From assembly GCA_037442085.1 (NCBI GenBank), contig JBBIQY010000004.1, positions 1,440-65,439 of the forward strand: 64,000 nucleotides of DNA. The letters are read 5' to 3'. A program made the translations under genes and the position numbers. Source of the stretch: Anaerolineae bacterium (GTDB lineage Bacteria > Chloroflexota > Anaerolineae > Anaerolineales > UBA6663). The notes beneath the pieces were generated by a model. It saw only the letters and a list, made by a program, of their open reading frames with translations, had not been told where the DNA came from and did no database searches. Positions 57,521 to 64,000 of the stretch are shown piece after piece. Positions within the stretch are counted from its first letter, which is position 1; each line of letters starts with the position of its first letter.

Positions 57521-59278
57521 CTACTTCGGCATTTCCCATTCCGTATCGGCGCCGGTCTCGGCCATCACGTTGACGGCGGGCTTCGGGCGGCGGATCATGT
57601 TGTGCAGGTCGGCGCCGGCTGGAACCATCGGGAAGACGGTATCCTCCTGTTCCACCTGGAAGTCCATCACCACCGTGCCCGGATGCGCGCGCGCGGCTTC
57701 GACGGCGGCCTGTACCTCCGCGCGGCGGGTGATGCGTAGGCCTTTCAGTCCGAAGGCCTCGGCGAGCTTGACGAAGTCGGGGCCGAGCAGCGGGGTAGCG
57801 GCGTAACGCTTCTCGTAGAAGAACTCTTGCCACTGGCGCACCATGCCCAAGTAGGCGTTGTTGATAATGGCAATGTTGAGCTTGAGATTCTCCTGCGCGA
57901 CGGTGGCCAGCTCCGCCATCGTCATCTGAAAGCCGCCATCGCCGGCGATGACCCACACTTCCTTGTCCGGGCGGGCGAACTTGGCGCCGATCGCCGCCGG
58001 AAGGGCGAAGCCCATGGTGCCCAGGCCGCCCGAAGTGATCAGCGAACGCGGCTGCTCATGGCGGAAATACTGCGCCTCCCACATCTGGTGCTGGCCAACG
58101 TCGGTGACGACGATCGGATCCACCTCGCGGGTCAGCCGCCAGATGTCGTGGATGGCGTGCGCGGCATACAGGTGGCCGAAGTCCGGAAGGCTCTGGATGT
58201 CGCGCACGGCCGAGTCACCCTTCATCTCGTGGATATGCTCCAGCCAGGCCTCGCGGTCCAGCGGCTGGACCTGCGGCGCCAACTCCTCTAGCACGCTGCG
58301 CAGGTCGCCTAGCAAGGCCGCGTCCACGCGGACGTTCTTATTGACTTCGGAAGGATCAATTTCGATATGAATCTTGCGCGCATTTGGCGCATAAGTCTTG
58401 AGGTTGCCGGTCACCCGGTCGTCGAAGCGCATGCCGCAGGCGATGAGCAGGTCGGCCTGCTGAATGGCCATATTCACCCAGGCTTCGCCGTGCATGCCCA
58501 TCATGCCCAGGTTGAGCGGATGCGAAGCCGGGATGCCGCCCAGGCCGAGTAACGTGACGGCGATGGGGATCTGCGCCTTCTCGGCCAGGTCGAGCACGAG
58601 GCGCGTCGCGCCGGACTTGATGACGCCCTGGCCGGCCAGGATGAGGGGGCGCTTGGCCGAGTTGATCAGGTCAATCGCGTGCTGATACTCGGAGGGCAGC
58701 GCGCGCAGGTTGGGCCGGTAGCCGGGCAGGCGCGGCGCGGCGGCCGCCCAGTCGAAGTCGGCGGTGAGCTGCTGCGCGTCTTTGGTAATGTCCACCAGCA
58801 CCGGGCCGGGCCGGCCGCTGCTGGCGATGTAGTAGGCCTCGCGCAGCGTGCGGGCGATATCTTCCGGGCGGGTGACCAGGTAATTGTGCTTGGTGATCGG
58901 CAGCGTCACGCCGGTCACATCGGTTTCCTGAAAGGCATCCGAGCCGATGGCCTTCGACCCGACCTGGCCGGTGATACAGACGATGGGCGATGAGTCCATC
59001 ATGGCGGTGGCGATGCCGGTGACCATGTTGGTGGCGCCGGGGCCGGAGGTGGCGATGGCCGTGCCCACCCGTCCGCTGGCGCGGGCGTAACCGTCGGCCA
59101 TATGGGTCGCGCCCTGCTCATGCCGGACGAGCACGTGATGGATTTGCGGATATTTCGTCATCGCATCATAGGTCGGCAGGATCGCGCCGCCGGGATAACC
59201 AAAGATGACGTCCACCCCCTCGCGCACCAGACATTCCCAAACGATTTCGGCTCCGGTCAGTTTCATAGTCTTCTCCAT
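57521..59278 (-). CDS. ilvB: Acetolactate synthase large (catalytic) subunit
   Basis: MKLTGAEIVWECLVREGVDVIFGYPGGAILP..., ThDP motif GLGTMGFALPAAIGA...GDGGFQM...NN. Confidence 0.9.
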   Translation of the reverse strand: MEKTMKLTGAEIVWECLVREGVDVIFGYPGGAILPTYDAMTKYPQIHHVLVRHEQGATHMADGYARASGRVGTAIATSGPGATNMVTGIATAMMDSSPIVCITGQVGSKAIGSDAFQETDVTGVTLPITKHNYLVTRPEDIARTLREAYYIASSGRPGPVLVDITKDAQQLTADFDWAAAAPRLPGYRPNLRALPSEYQHAIDLINSAKRPLILAGQGVIKSGATRLVLDLAEKAQIPIAVTLLGLGGIPASHPLNLGMMGMHGEAWVNMAIQQADLLIACGMRFDDRVTGNLKTYAPNARKIHIEIDPSEVNKNVRVDAALLGDLRSVLEELAPQVQPLDREAWLEHIHEMKGDSAVRDIQSLPDFGHLYAAHAIHDIWRLTREVDPIVVTDVGQHQMWEAQYFRHEQPRSLITSGGLGTMGFALPAAIGAKFARPDKEVWVIAGDGGFQMTMAELATVAQENLKLNIAIINNAYLGMVRQWQEFFYEKRYAATPLLGPDFVKLAEAFGLKGLRITRRAEVQAAVEAARAHPGTVVMDFQVEQEDTVFPMVPAGADLHNMIRRPKPAVNVMAETGADTEWEMPK

Positions 59279-59325
59279 CCTTCCGCTGTCTGCTCACTAC
59301 TGGCTACTTTCTGGAAAGTAGTTGT

Positions 59326-59841
59326 CTACTCGATGAGCGGTGCGAGCGACTTCCACCCGTACGCCACTTCGATCAACGTCTTGCCGCCGATCTCGATCTC
59401 TTTCTCGCGCACGTACTGACCGCCGAGCGCCTCGTAAAACTTGCGCGCCGGGTTCTCGGCCAGCACCCAGACCAGCATGGAACTCAGGCCGCGCCGCTGC
59501 AACTCCCGTGCGATTTCCTTAACCAGCGCGCGCCCGACGCCTCGGCCCTTTTGCTCGGCCAGCAGGTAAATGGCATACAGCTCACCGGTGTAGGTCGCAT
59601 CGCCCTCACGCTCCGGCCCGCCGACGGCAAAACCGATCACCGCGCCCTCGTCCTCAGCGACGACCAGATACGATTGCCGCTCAGGGGCGACGGCCTGGCG
59701 CCACCGCGCCGCGCGCTGCTCGACCGACAAGGCCGCCAGAAACTCGTCGGGCACGAGGCCGGCGTACGTCGCGCGCCAGCTCGCCACGGGCACCCACGCA
59801 ATCGCCTCCGCATCGTCCGCCGTCGCCCGCCGAATGAACAT
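59326..59841 (-). CDS. GNAT-family N-acetyltransferase
   Basis: 171 aa. ..LYAIYLLAEQKGRGVGRALV.. (Q/RxxGxG/A acetyl-CoA motif). Confidence 0.75.
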   Translation of the reverse strand: MFIRRATADDAEAIAWVPVASWRATYAGLVPDEFLAALSVEQRAARWRQAVAPERQSYLVVAEDEGAVIGFAVGGPEREGDATYTGELYAIYLLAEQKGRGVGRALVKEIARELQRRGLSSMLVWVLAENPARKFYEALGGQYVREKEIEIGGKTLIEVAYGWKSLAPLIE

Positions 59842-59881
59842 TCAACCTTCCACAACGACGCAGCCGTGGTGCGTAGTCCGT

Positions 59882-61552
59882 TCAAATCGTCACCGCGCCA
59901 ACGGACGCGGATGAGACGCTGTTGGCATATTTCGCCATGACGCCGGTCTTGTAGCGCGGGGCAGGCGGCTGCCAGGCCGCTTTGCGGCGGGCCAGCTCGT
60001 CCGGCGCGATCGCGACGTTGATCGCGCGCGCCTTCACATCAATCTCAATCAGGTCGCCCTCGTGGACGAAGGCGATCATCCCGCCGCGGGCGGCCTCCGG
60101 CGCCACATGCCCGGCAGAGATGCCGCGCGTCGCGCCGGAGAAACGGCCATCGGTGAGCAGGGCCACGCTCTCGCTCAAGCCCGCGCCGGCAATCGCGGCC
60201 GTCACGCCGAGCATCTCGCGCATCCCCGGTCCGCCCTTCGGGCCTTCATAGCGGATCACTACCACATCGCCGGCGCGGATGCGGCCCTCGGTCACCGCCT
60301 GCATCGCGTCCTCCTCCCGATCAAAGACACGGGCCGGGCCCTTGAAGTACTGCACGTCGTTGGCGGCGGTCTTGTGGACGCAGCCCTCTTCGGCCAGGTT
60401 GCCGTGCAGGATGACCAGGCCGCCGGTAGGCTTGAGCGGTTGATCCAGCGAGTAGACGATTTGCTGGCCGGGGGTCTCCTGCGCGTTGGCACACGCTTCG
60501 GCAATCGTCTGGCCGGTGACCGTGAGACAGTCGCCGTGGAGATGGCCGCCGTCGAGCAGACGCTTCATCACCAGTGGGATGCCGCCGGCGGCATGCAGGT
60601 CAGCGGCGGTGAACCGGCCGCCCGGCTTCAGGTCGCAGATGAGGGGTGTGCGCGCGCTGAGGGCATCGAAGTCGTCAATATGCAGGTCAACGCCTGCTTC
60701 CTGGGCCAGCGCCAACAGGTGCAGCACAGCGTTCGTCGAGCCGCCGGTGGCGGCGACGGAGATGATGGCGTTTTCGAAAGCGCGACGGGAGAGGATACGG
60801 GAGGGGCGGAGGTCGTTCTTGAGGAGGTCCATGACCAGGCGTCCACACTCATAGGCGACGCGATCCTTGTCGGCGGCCATGGCAGGCACGGAGTTGAAGC
60901 CGACGGGCGATAGGCCGATGAACTCCATGAGGGTGGACATGGTGTTGGCCGTGAATTGCCCACCGCATGCGCCCGCGCCTGGACAGGCCTGGTTCTCGAT
61001 GGCCTCGAACTGCGCCTGGGTGAGGCGGCCGGCCGCGTACGCGCCCACCGCCTCGAACACATCCTGGATGGTCAGGTCGCGGCCCTCGACGTGGCCGGGC
61101 GCGATGGAGCCGCCGTACAGCGCCAGGCTGGGAAGGTCGAGGCGCGCCATGGCCATCAGCACGCCGGGGTTGGTCTTGTCGCAACCGCTCAAGCACACCA
61201 GCGCATCGAAGTGGTTGCCGCGCGCCACCAGCTCGACCGAGTCCGCGATCACCTCCCGGCTGATGAGCGAGGCTTTCATGCCTTCTGCGCCCATGCTGAT
61301 GCCGTCCGAGATCGAGACCGTGTTGAACTCCAGCGGCGTGCCGCCCGCGGCGCGAATCCCCTCCTTCACCTTCGCCGCCAGCCGGCGCAGATGAAAATTG
61401 CACGGCCCGATTTCGATCCAGGTGTTGGCCACGCCGACCAGGGGCCGGCGCAGGTCGTCGTCGGTGAAGCCGACGGCCTTGAACATGGCCCGCGCAGGCG
61501 CGCGGTTGGGACCGTCGGTGATGGCGCGGCTGTTGCGCTTCAGATCGGTCAA
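59882..61552 (-). CDS. ilvD: Dihydroxy-acid dehydratase
   Basis: ..[26 protein letters not shown]..., CDKTNPG, ..[11 protein letters not shown].. Start placed at TTG 61552 (GGAGG-N5-TTG); the track start, TTG 61570, lies inside the upstream terminator U-tract. Confidence 0.9.
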   Translation of the reverse strand: MTDLKRNSRAITDGPNRAPARAMFKAVGFTDDDLRRPLVGVANTWIEIGPCNFHLRRLAAKVKEGIRAAGGTPLEFNTVSISDGISMGAEGMKASLISREVIADSVELVARGNHFDALVCLSGCDKTNPGVLMAMARLDLPSLALYGGSIAPGHVEGRDLTIQDVFEAVGAYAAGRLTQAQFEAIENQACPGAGACGGQFTANTMSTLMEFIGLSPVGFNSVPAMAADKDRVAYECGRLVMDLLKNDLRPSRILSRRAFENAIISVAATGGSTNAVLHLLALAQEAGVDLHIDDFDALSARTPLICDLKPGGRFTAADLHAAGGIPLVMKRLLDGGHLHGDCLTVTGQTIAEACANAQETPGQQIVYSLDQPLKPTGGLVILHGNLAEEGCVHKTAANDVQYFKGPARVFDREEDAMQAVTEGRIRAGDVVVIRYEGPKGGPGMREMLGVTAAIAGAGLSESVALLTDGRFSGATRGISAGHVAPEAARGGMIAFVHEGDLIEIDVKARAINVAIAPDELARRKAAWQPPAPRYKTGVMAKYANSVSSASVGAVTI

Positions 61553-61563
61553 AGAGTCCTCCG

Positions 61564-61601
61564 AAAACAAAAGGAGCCGCCCGGTTGGTTTGAGCGGCTC
61601 C
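61564..61601 (-). terminator. Intrinsic terminator GGAGCCGC-N13-GCGGCTCC followed by TTTTGTTTT, directly upstream of ilvD (attenuator candidate)
   Basis: Arms at 61594-61601 and 61573-61580 (plus-strand coordinates). U-tract comp. 61564-61572. It ends 11 nt before the ilvD start. Confidence 0.7.
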
Positions 61602-61633
61602 TGAGTGAGCGTGTGCTGTGCGGTGTGTGTGAC

Positions 61634-61735
61634 TTATCTGCGCCCGACCGTCACCGTCGCCAGCCCAAACCGTGAGGGGCCCTCGACGAGGGCCACAATA
61701 AGGAAGAGGCTAATCAGGACGACAACAAACAGCAT
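61634..61735 (-). CDS. Candidate ilv/leu leader peptide (33 aa, Leu/Val/Ile-rich)
   Basis: MLFVVVLISLFLIVALVEGPSRFGLATVTVGRR. 12 of the first 17 residues are L/V/I. The stop lies 32 nt before the terminator stem. No clear SD; the ATG is about 15 nt downstream of the -10 box. Confidence 0.45.
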   Translation of the reverse strand: MLFVVVLISLFLIVALVEGPSRFGLATVTVGRR

Positions 61736-61750
61736 GGCAGAGTTGGGGTA

Positions 61751-61779
61751 AATATAGACACTCGAAGCGGGGCTGTCAT
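61751..61779 (-). promoter_or_regulatory. Sigma-70-like promoter ATGACA-N17-TATATT for the ilv leader
   Basis: Comp. 61774-61779 (ATGACA) and comp. 61751-61756 (TATATT). Confidence 0.45.
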
Positions 61780-61916
61780 TGGGCCGATTGCCCAAAACCT
61801 GCAGGCAGAATGTGCTTCATTTGCACGAAGGCACGTCCAGAGCGCTTAAGCAGAGAGAAACTCCGGCTTAAGTTTTCCTGAACAAGGATTGAAAGCCGGC
61901 TGACCGTCTCAACAAA

Positions 61917-61942
61917 AGAGCTACCCGTGGCCGGGTAGCTCT
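61917..61942 (-). terminator. Intrinsic terminator: 11-bp perfect stem AGAGCTACCCG/CGGGTAGCTCT, then TTTTGTTG on the minus strand
   Basis: Arms at 61917-61927 and 61932-61942, 4-nt loop. U-tract comp. 61909-61916. Confidence 0.6.
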
Positions 61943-62046
61943 CCCGAGCTGTGTGGTGAAGGATGGCCGTGCCCAAGCGAAGGCGTTGCTGATTTCGGCC
62001 CGCAAGGGCCGTGCCTCAGCCCCAGATTGAAACGGAAATGATGTGG

Positions 62047-62205
62047 CTAGTTCCAGTTTACGGCTTGGGTGCTGGGATTGTTCCAGTTGACGGCCGCCAA
62101 CACTCTCGGCCCACCTGCCAGGCCACTTGCCAGAGCGGACAAGAAGAGAGTGACAACGACAACTGCAATCGCCAGTCGCTGCCGGAAAGTGATATGGTGT
62201 GTCAC
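62047..62205 (-). CDS. Candidate small secreted or membrane peptide (52 aa)
   Basis: GTG start. VTHHITFRQRLAIAVVVVTLFLSALASGLAGGPRVLAAVNWNNPSTQAVNWN: basic N-terminus plus hydrophobic helix, duplicated AVNWN tail. Bracketed by a strong promoter (62332-62359) and a terminator (61917-61942). Below the ORF-track cutoff. Confidence 0.3.
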   Translation of the reverse strand: MTHHITFRQRLAIAVVVVTLFLSALASGLAGGPRVLAAVNWNNPSTQAVNWN

Positions 62206-62331
62206 AGTGAAATCTCTTTGAACCGGGGGATTGTCCTGAACCTGAATGACCAGCCATCGGTCACGTTACACAGCACGTGAGTCTCCGGGTCGCCCTCGCT
62301 TTGTTTTTATTCAGGTTTTCAGGATGGAGCA

Positions 62332-62359
62332 ATTTTAGGGATTTACCGCTTGATGTCAA
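62332..62359 (-). promoter_or_regulatory. Sigma-70-like promoter TTGACA-N16-TAAAAT (minus strand)
   Basis: Comp. 62354-62359 TTGACA, comp. 62332-62337 TAAAAT, in a low-GC intergenic region. Confidence 0.55.
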
Positions 62360-62398
62360 TCCGTTTGCCTGCCGCGGCGGCAAGATTTCACATCATTT

Positions 62399-62689
62399 TT
62401 ACGGCCCGGCTCGTCCCGGCGAGTGCCTCCGCTCCAGCTCGGCCTCGACCTGCGCCAGCGTCAGGCCGCGCGCCGCCAGCAGCACCAGCGTGTGATAGAG
62501 CAGGTCGGCAACCTCGGCGATCACGCGCTCATCCCCCTGCCCCTTTACTGCCAGGATCACTTCGACGGCCTCCTCGCCCACCTTCTTAACGATCTCATCC
62601 TCGCCGGCAGCAAGCAGTCTGGCCGTGTACGAGCCTGGAGACGGGTTCGTTTTACGCTCCTGGATGATCTCGAAGAGTCGTTGCAGCAT
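62399..62689 (-). CDS. hisE: Phosphoribosyl-ATP pyrophosphohydrolase
   Basis: 96 aa. ..SYTARLLAAGEDEIVKKVGEEAVEVILA...EVADLLYHTLVLLAARG.. typical HisE/MazG-like helix pair. Confidence 0.85.
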   Translation of the reverse strand: MLQRLFEIIQERKTNPSPGSYTARLLAAGEDEIVKKVGEEAVEVILAVKGQGDERVIAEVADLLYHTLVLLAARGLTLAQVEAELERRHSPGRAGP

Positions 62690-62713
62690 GTGACCGCGCG
62701 AGTCGATGCTCGC

Positions 62714-63367
62714 TCAATTCGTCGCCGGCGGGGCAGCCACGGCGTGCGGCCTCACCCGGAAAAGGCGGAAGGCGGCCTGGACCGCCGGCCCAATCAGCAC
62801 GGCGAAGGCGACCGTCCCCAGGCCGAGCGGCCCGCCCAGCAGCCAGCCGACGATCACCACCGTCACCTCCAGCGCGCCGCGGGTTACCCGAACGCTCAGG
62901 CCCGTCGTCCGGTGCAAGGCCAGCATCAGGCTGTCGCGCGGGCCGGCGCCGGCGTCTACCCCGATGTAGATGGCCGTGGCCACACCCATCAGGCCCACCG
63001 CCGACAGGAGCATCGCCATTTGCAAGAGCAGATGATCCGTCACGTCCGGGATCAGCCACAGACACAGGTCGAGCCAGGGGCCGATGCATAGGATGTTGGC
63101 CAGCGTGCCCCAGCCCACTTTCTCCCTGAGCACCAGTGAGAGCGCCAGCACCACAAAGCCGACCAGGATGCTGAGCGTGCCGACGGTCAGGCCCGTGATC
63201 CGGGCCAGCGCCACCTCCAGCACCGCCCACGGGCTCGTACCCAGGTGGGCGCGGATCAGGGTCGCAATTGATAGGCCGAACAGCGCGAACCCGACCTGGA
63301 TCACGGCGAAATCACGCGGAAAGGTCTTCCACCGGACGGGCTTGAGTATACGGTCAGAGCCTAACAT
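62714..63367 (-). CDS. YczE/YitT-like integral membrane protein
   Basis: 217 aa, about 5-6 TM helices. ..[29 protein letters not shown].. resembles the YczE family N-terminus. Confidence 0.5.
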   Translation of the reverse strand: MLGSDRILKPVRWKTFPRDFAVIQVGFALFGLSIATLIRAHLGTSPWAVLEVALARITGLTVGTLSILVGFVVLALSLVLREKVGWGTLANILCIGPWLDLCLWLIPDVTDHLLLQMAMLLSAVGLMGVATAIYIGVDAGAGPRDSLMLALHRTTGLSVRVTRGALEVTVVIVGWLLGGPLGLGTVAFAVLIGPAVQAAFRLFRVRPHAVAAPPATN

Positions 63368-64000
63368 GATAATCGCCTTCGCAGACCCACTTGTACGTCG
63401 TCAGTTCGCGCAGGCCCAGCGGGCCGCGGGCGTGCAGGCGCTGCGTGCTGATGGCCACCTCCGCGCCCAGGCCAAATTGCCCGCCATCGGTGAAGCGCGT
63501 GCTGGCATTGACATACACCGCCGCCGAGTCCACTTCGGCCACGAAGCGGCGTGCATTGGCCTCATCGCCCGTCAGGATGCCGTCCGAGTGAGCGGTGCTG
63601 TGTGCGGCGATGTGGGCCAGGGCTTCGTCCAGCGAGCCCACCACCTTGAGGCCGAGCACCAGAGAGAGCCATTCGGTGTCAAAGTCGGCGGGGCCGGCGG
63701 GGAACACAGGATTATTGATGAGCGACGACGGGAGAAGGGCGAGGGCGCGCGGCTCGGCGCGGAAGGTGACGCCGTTGGGCGCCAGATGCGCGACCAACCG
63801 CGGCAGAAAGTTGGCGGCGATGGCGCGATGCACCAACACGGTGTCGAGCGCGTTGCAGACCGTCGGGCGCTGGGTCTTGGCGTTGTGGATGACGGCCAGC
63901 GACTTCTCCAAATCGGCGCTCGCGTCCACAAACAGGTGGCAGATGCCGATGCCGCCTGTCATCACCGGAATGCGGCTGTGGGCGCGGCAAAACTCGTGCA
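63354..64000 (-). CDS. proA: Gamma-glutamyl phosphate reductase (3' part; continues past the right edge)
   Basis: ..[16 protein letters not shown]...[16 protein letters not shown]...[10 protein letters not shown]...[33 protein letters not shown].. The reading frame stays open to the window edge. Confidence 0.85.
   Translation of the reverse strand, partial: HEFCRAHSRIPVMTGGIGICHLFVDASADLEKSLAVIHNAKTQRPTVCNALDTVLVHRAIAANFLPRLVAHLAPNGVTFRAEPRALALLPSSLINNPVFPAGPADFDTEWLSLVLGLKVVGSLDEALAHIAAHSTAHSDGILTGDEANARRFVAEVDSAAVYVNASTRFTDGGQFGLGAEVAISTQRLHARGPLGLRELTTYKWVCEGDYHVRL

Noticed and set aside
61868-62257. The 129-aa track ORF on the minus strand in the hisE-ilvD spacer.
   Set aside because: It reads straight through the 11-bp-stem intrinsic terminator (61917-61942). 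Its composition is Gly/Ser/Arg/Cys-rich with no family resemblance. The shorter hydrophobic 52-aa frame, or a non-coding RNA, fits the promoter and terminator boundaries better.

Overview
High-GC bacterial chromosomal window, densely coding, made of core and metabolic genes rather than an obvious mobile island. I saw no rRNA, tRNA or CRISPR array.

Gene content, left to right:
- A truncated class I/II aminotransferase, a WS/DGAT acyltransferase, and a translationally coupled trio (unknown protein, muconolactone-isomerase-like protein, DegT-type aminotransferase).
- A GH31 alpha-glucosidase.
- A 5-gene Opp/Dpp-type peptide ABC transporter operon.
- A sarcosine-oxidase-like FAD oxidase gene, split by an 89-nt palindromic MITE-like element.
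- A CocE/NonD hydrolase, a large membrane-anchored pullulanase, and a signal-less PhnD-like protein.
- An ECF sigma/anti-sigma cluster with two paralogous membrane proteins, an MmpS-like lipoprotein and a DUF1800/DUF1501 pair.
- A ceramidase-like membrane protein.
- A complete LysW-dependent alpha-aminoadipate lysine operon: lysW-X-Y-Z-J, homocitrate synthase, homoaconitase large and small subunits, homoisocitrate dehydrogenase, lysK.
- A secreted-protease neighbourhood: an FxLYD-like membrane protein, an active S8 subtilase, an unknown secreted protein, an S8 paralog with the catalytic Ser replaced by Ala plus a DUF4397-like insert, and a lipoprotein.
- A roughly 14-kb minus-strand branched-chain amino-acid super-operon: ilvD, GNAT, ilvB, ilvN, CBS, ilvC, leuA, a small ORF, leuC, leuD, cimA, leuB, pheA.
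- hisE, a YczE-like membrane protein and truncated proA.

Most interesting non-obvious signals:
1. A Leu/Val/Ile-rich 33-codon leader ORF followed by a textbook intrinsic terminator directly upstream of ilvD. This is a candidate ribosome-mediated attenuator.
2. Two identical copies of the 89-nt MITE-like element. One interrupts the oxidase gene, and removing 98 nt restores the reading frame.
3. The predicted catalytically dead, domain-swapped subtilase paralog, preceded by its own promoter, leader and terminator.
4. A dispersed G-poor (C/A)AATC-type short-period repeat. It sits immediately upstream of SD-less start codons and is also embedded in frame inside three CDSs.
5. A 27-nt promoter-like motif shared by the ECF sigma gene and a downstream operon.
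6. Several small unannotated units, including lysW itself at 59 aa (below the ORF-track cutoff).

The LysW pathway, the repeat families and the GC content are compatible with a Chloroflexota-like or Deinococcota-like organism. I cannot establish the taxon from sequence alone. All family calls rest on motif recognition by eye; no searches were run.
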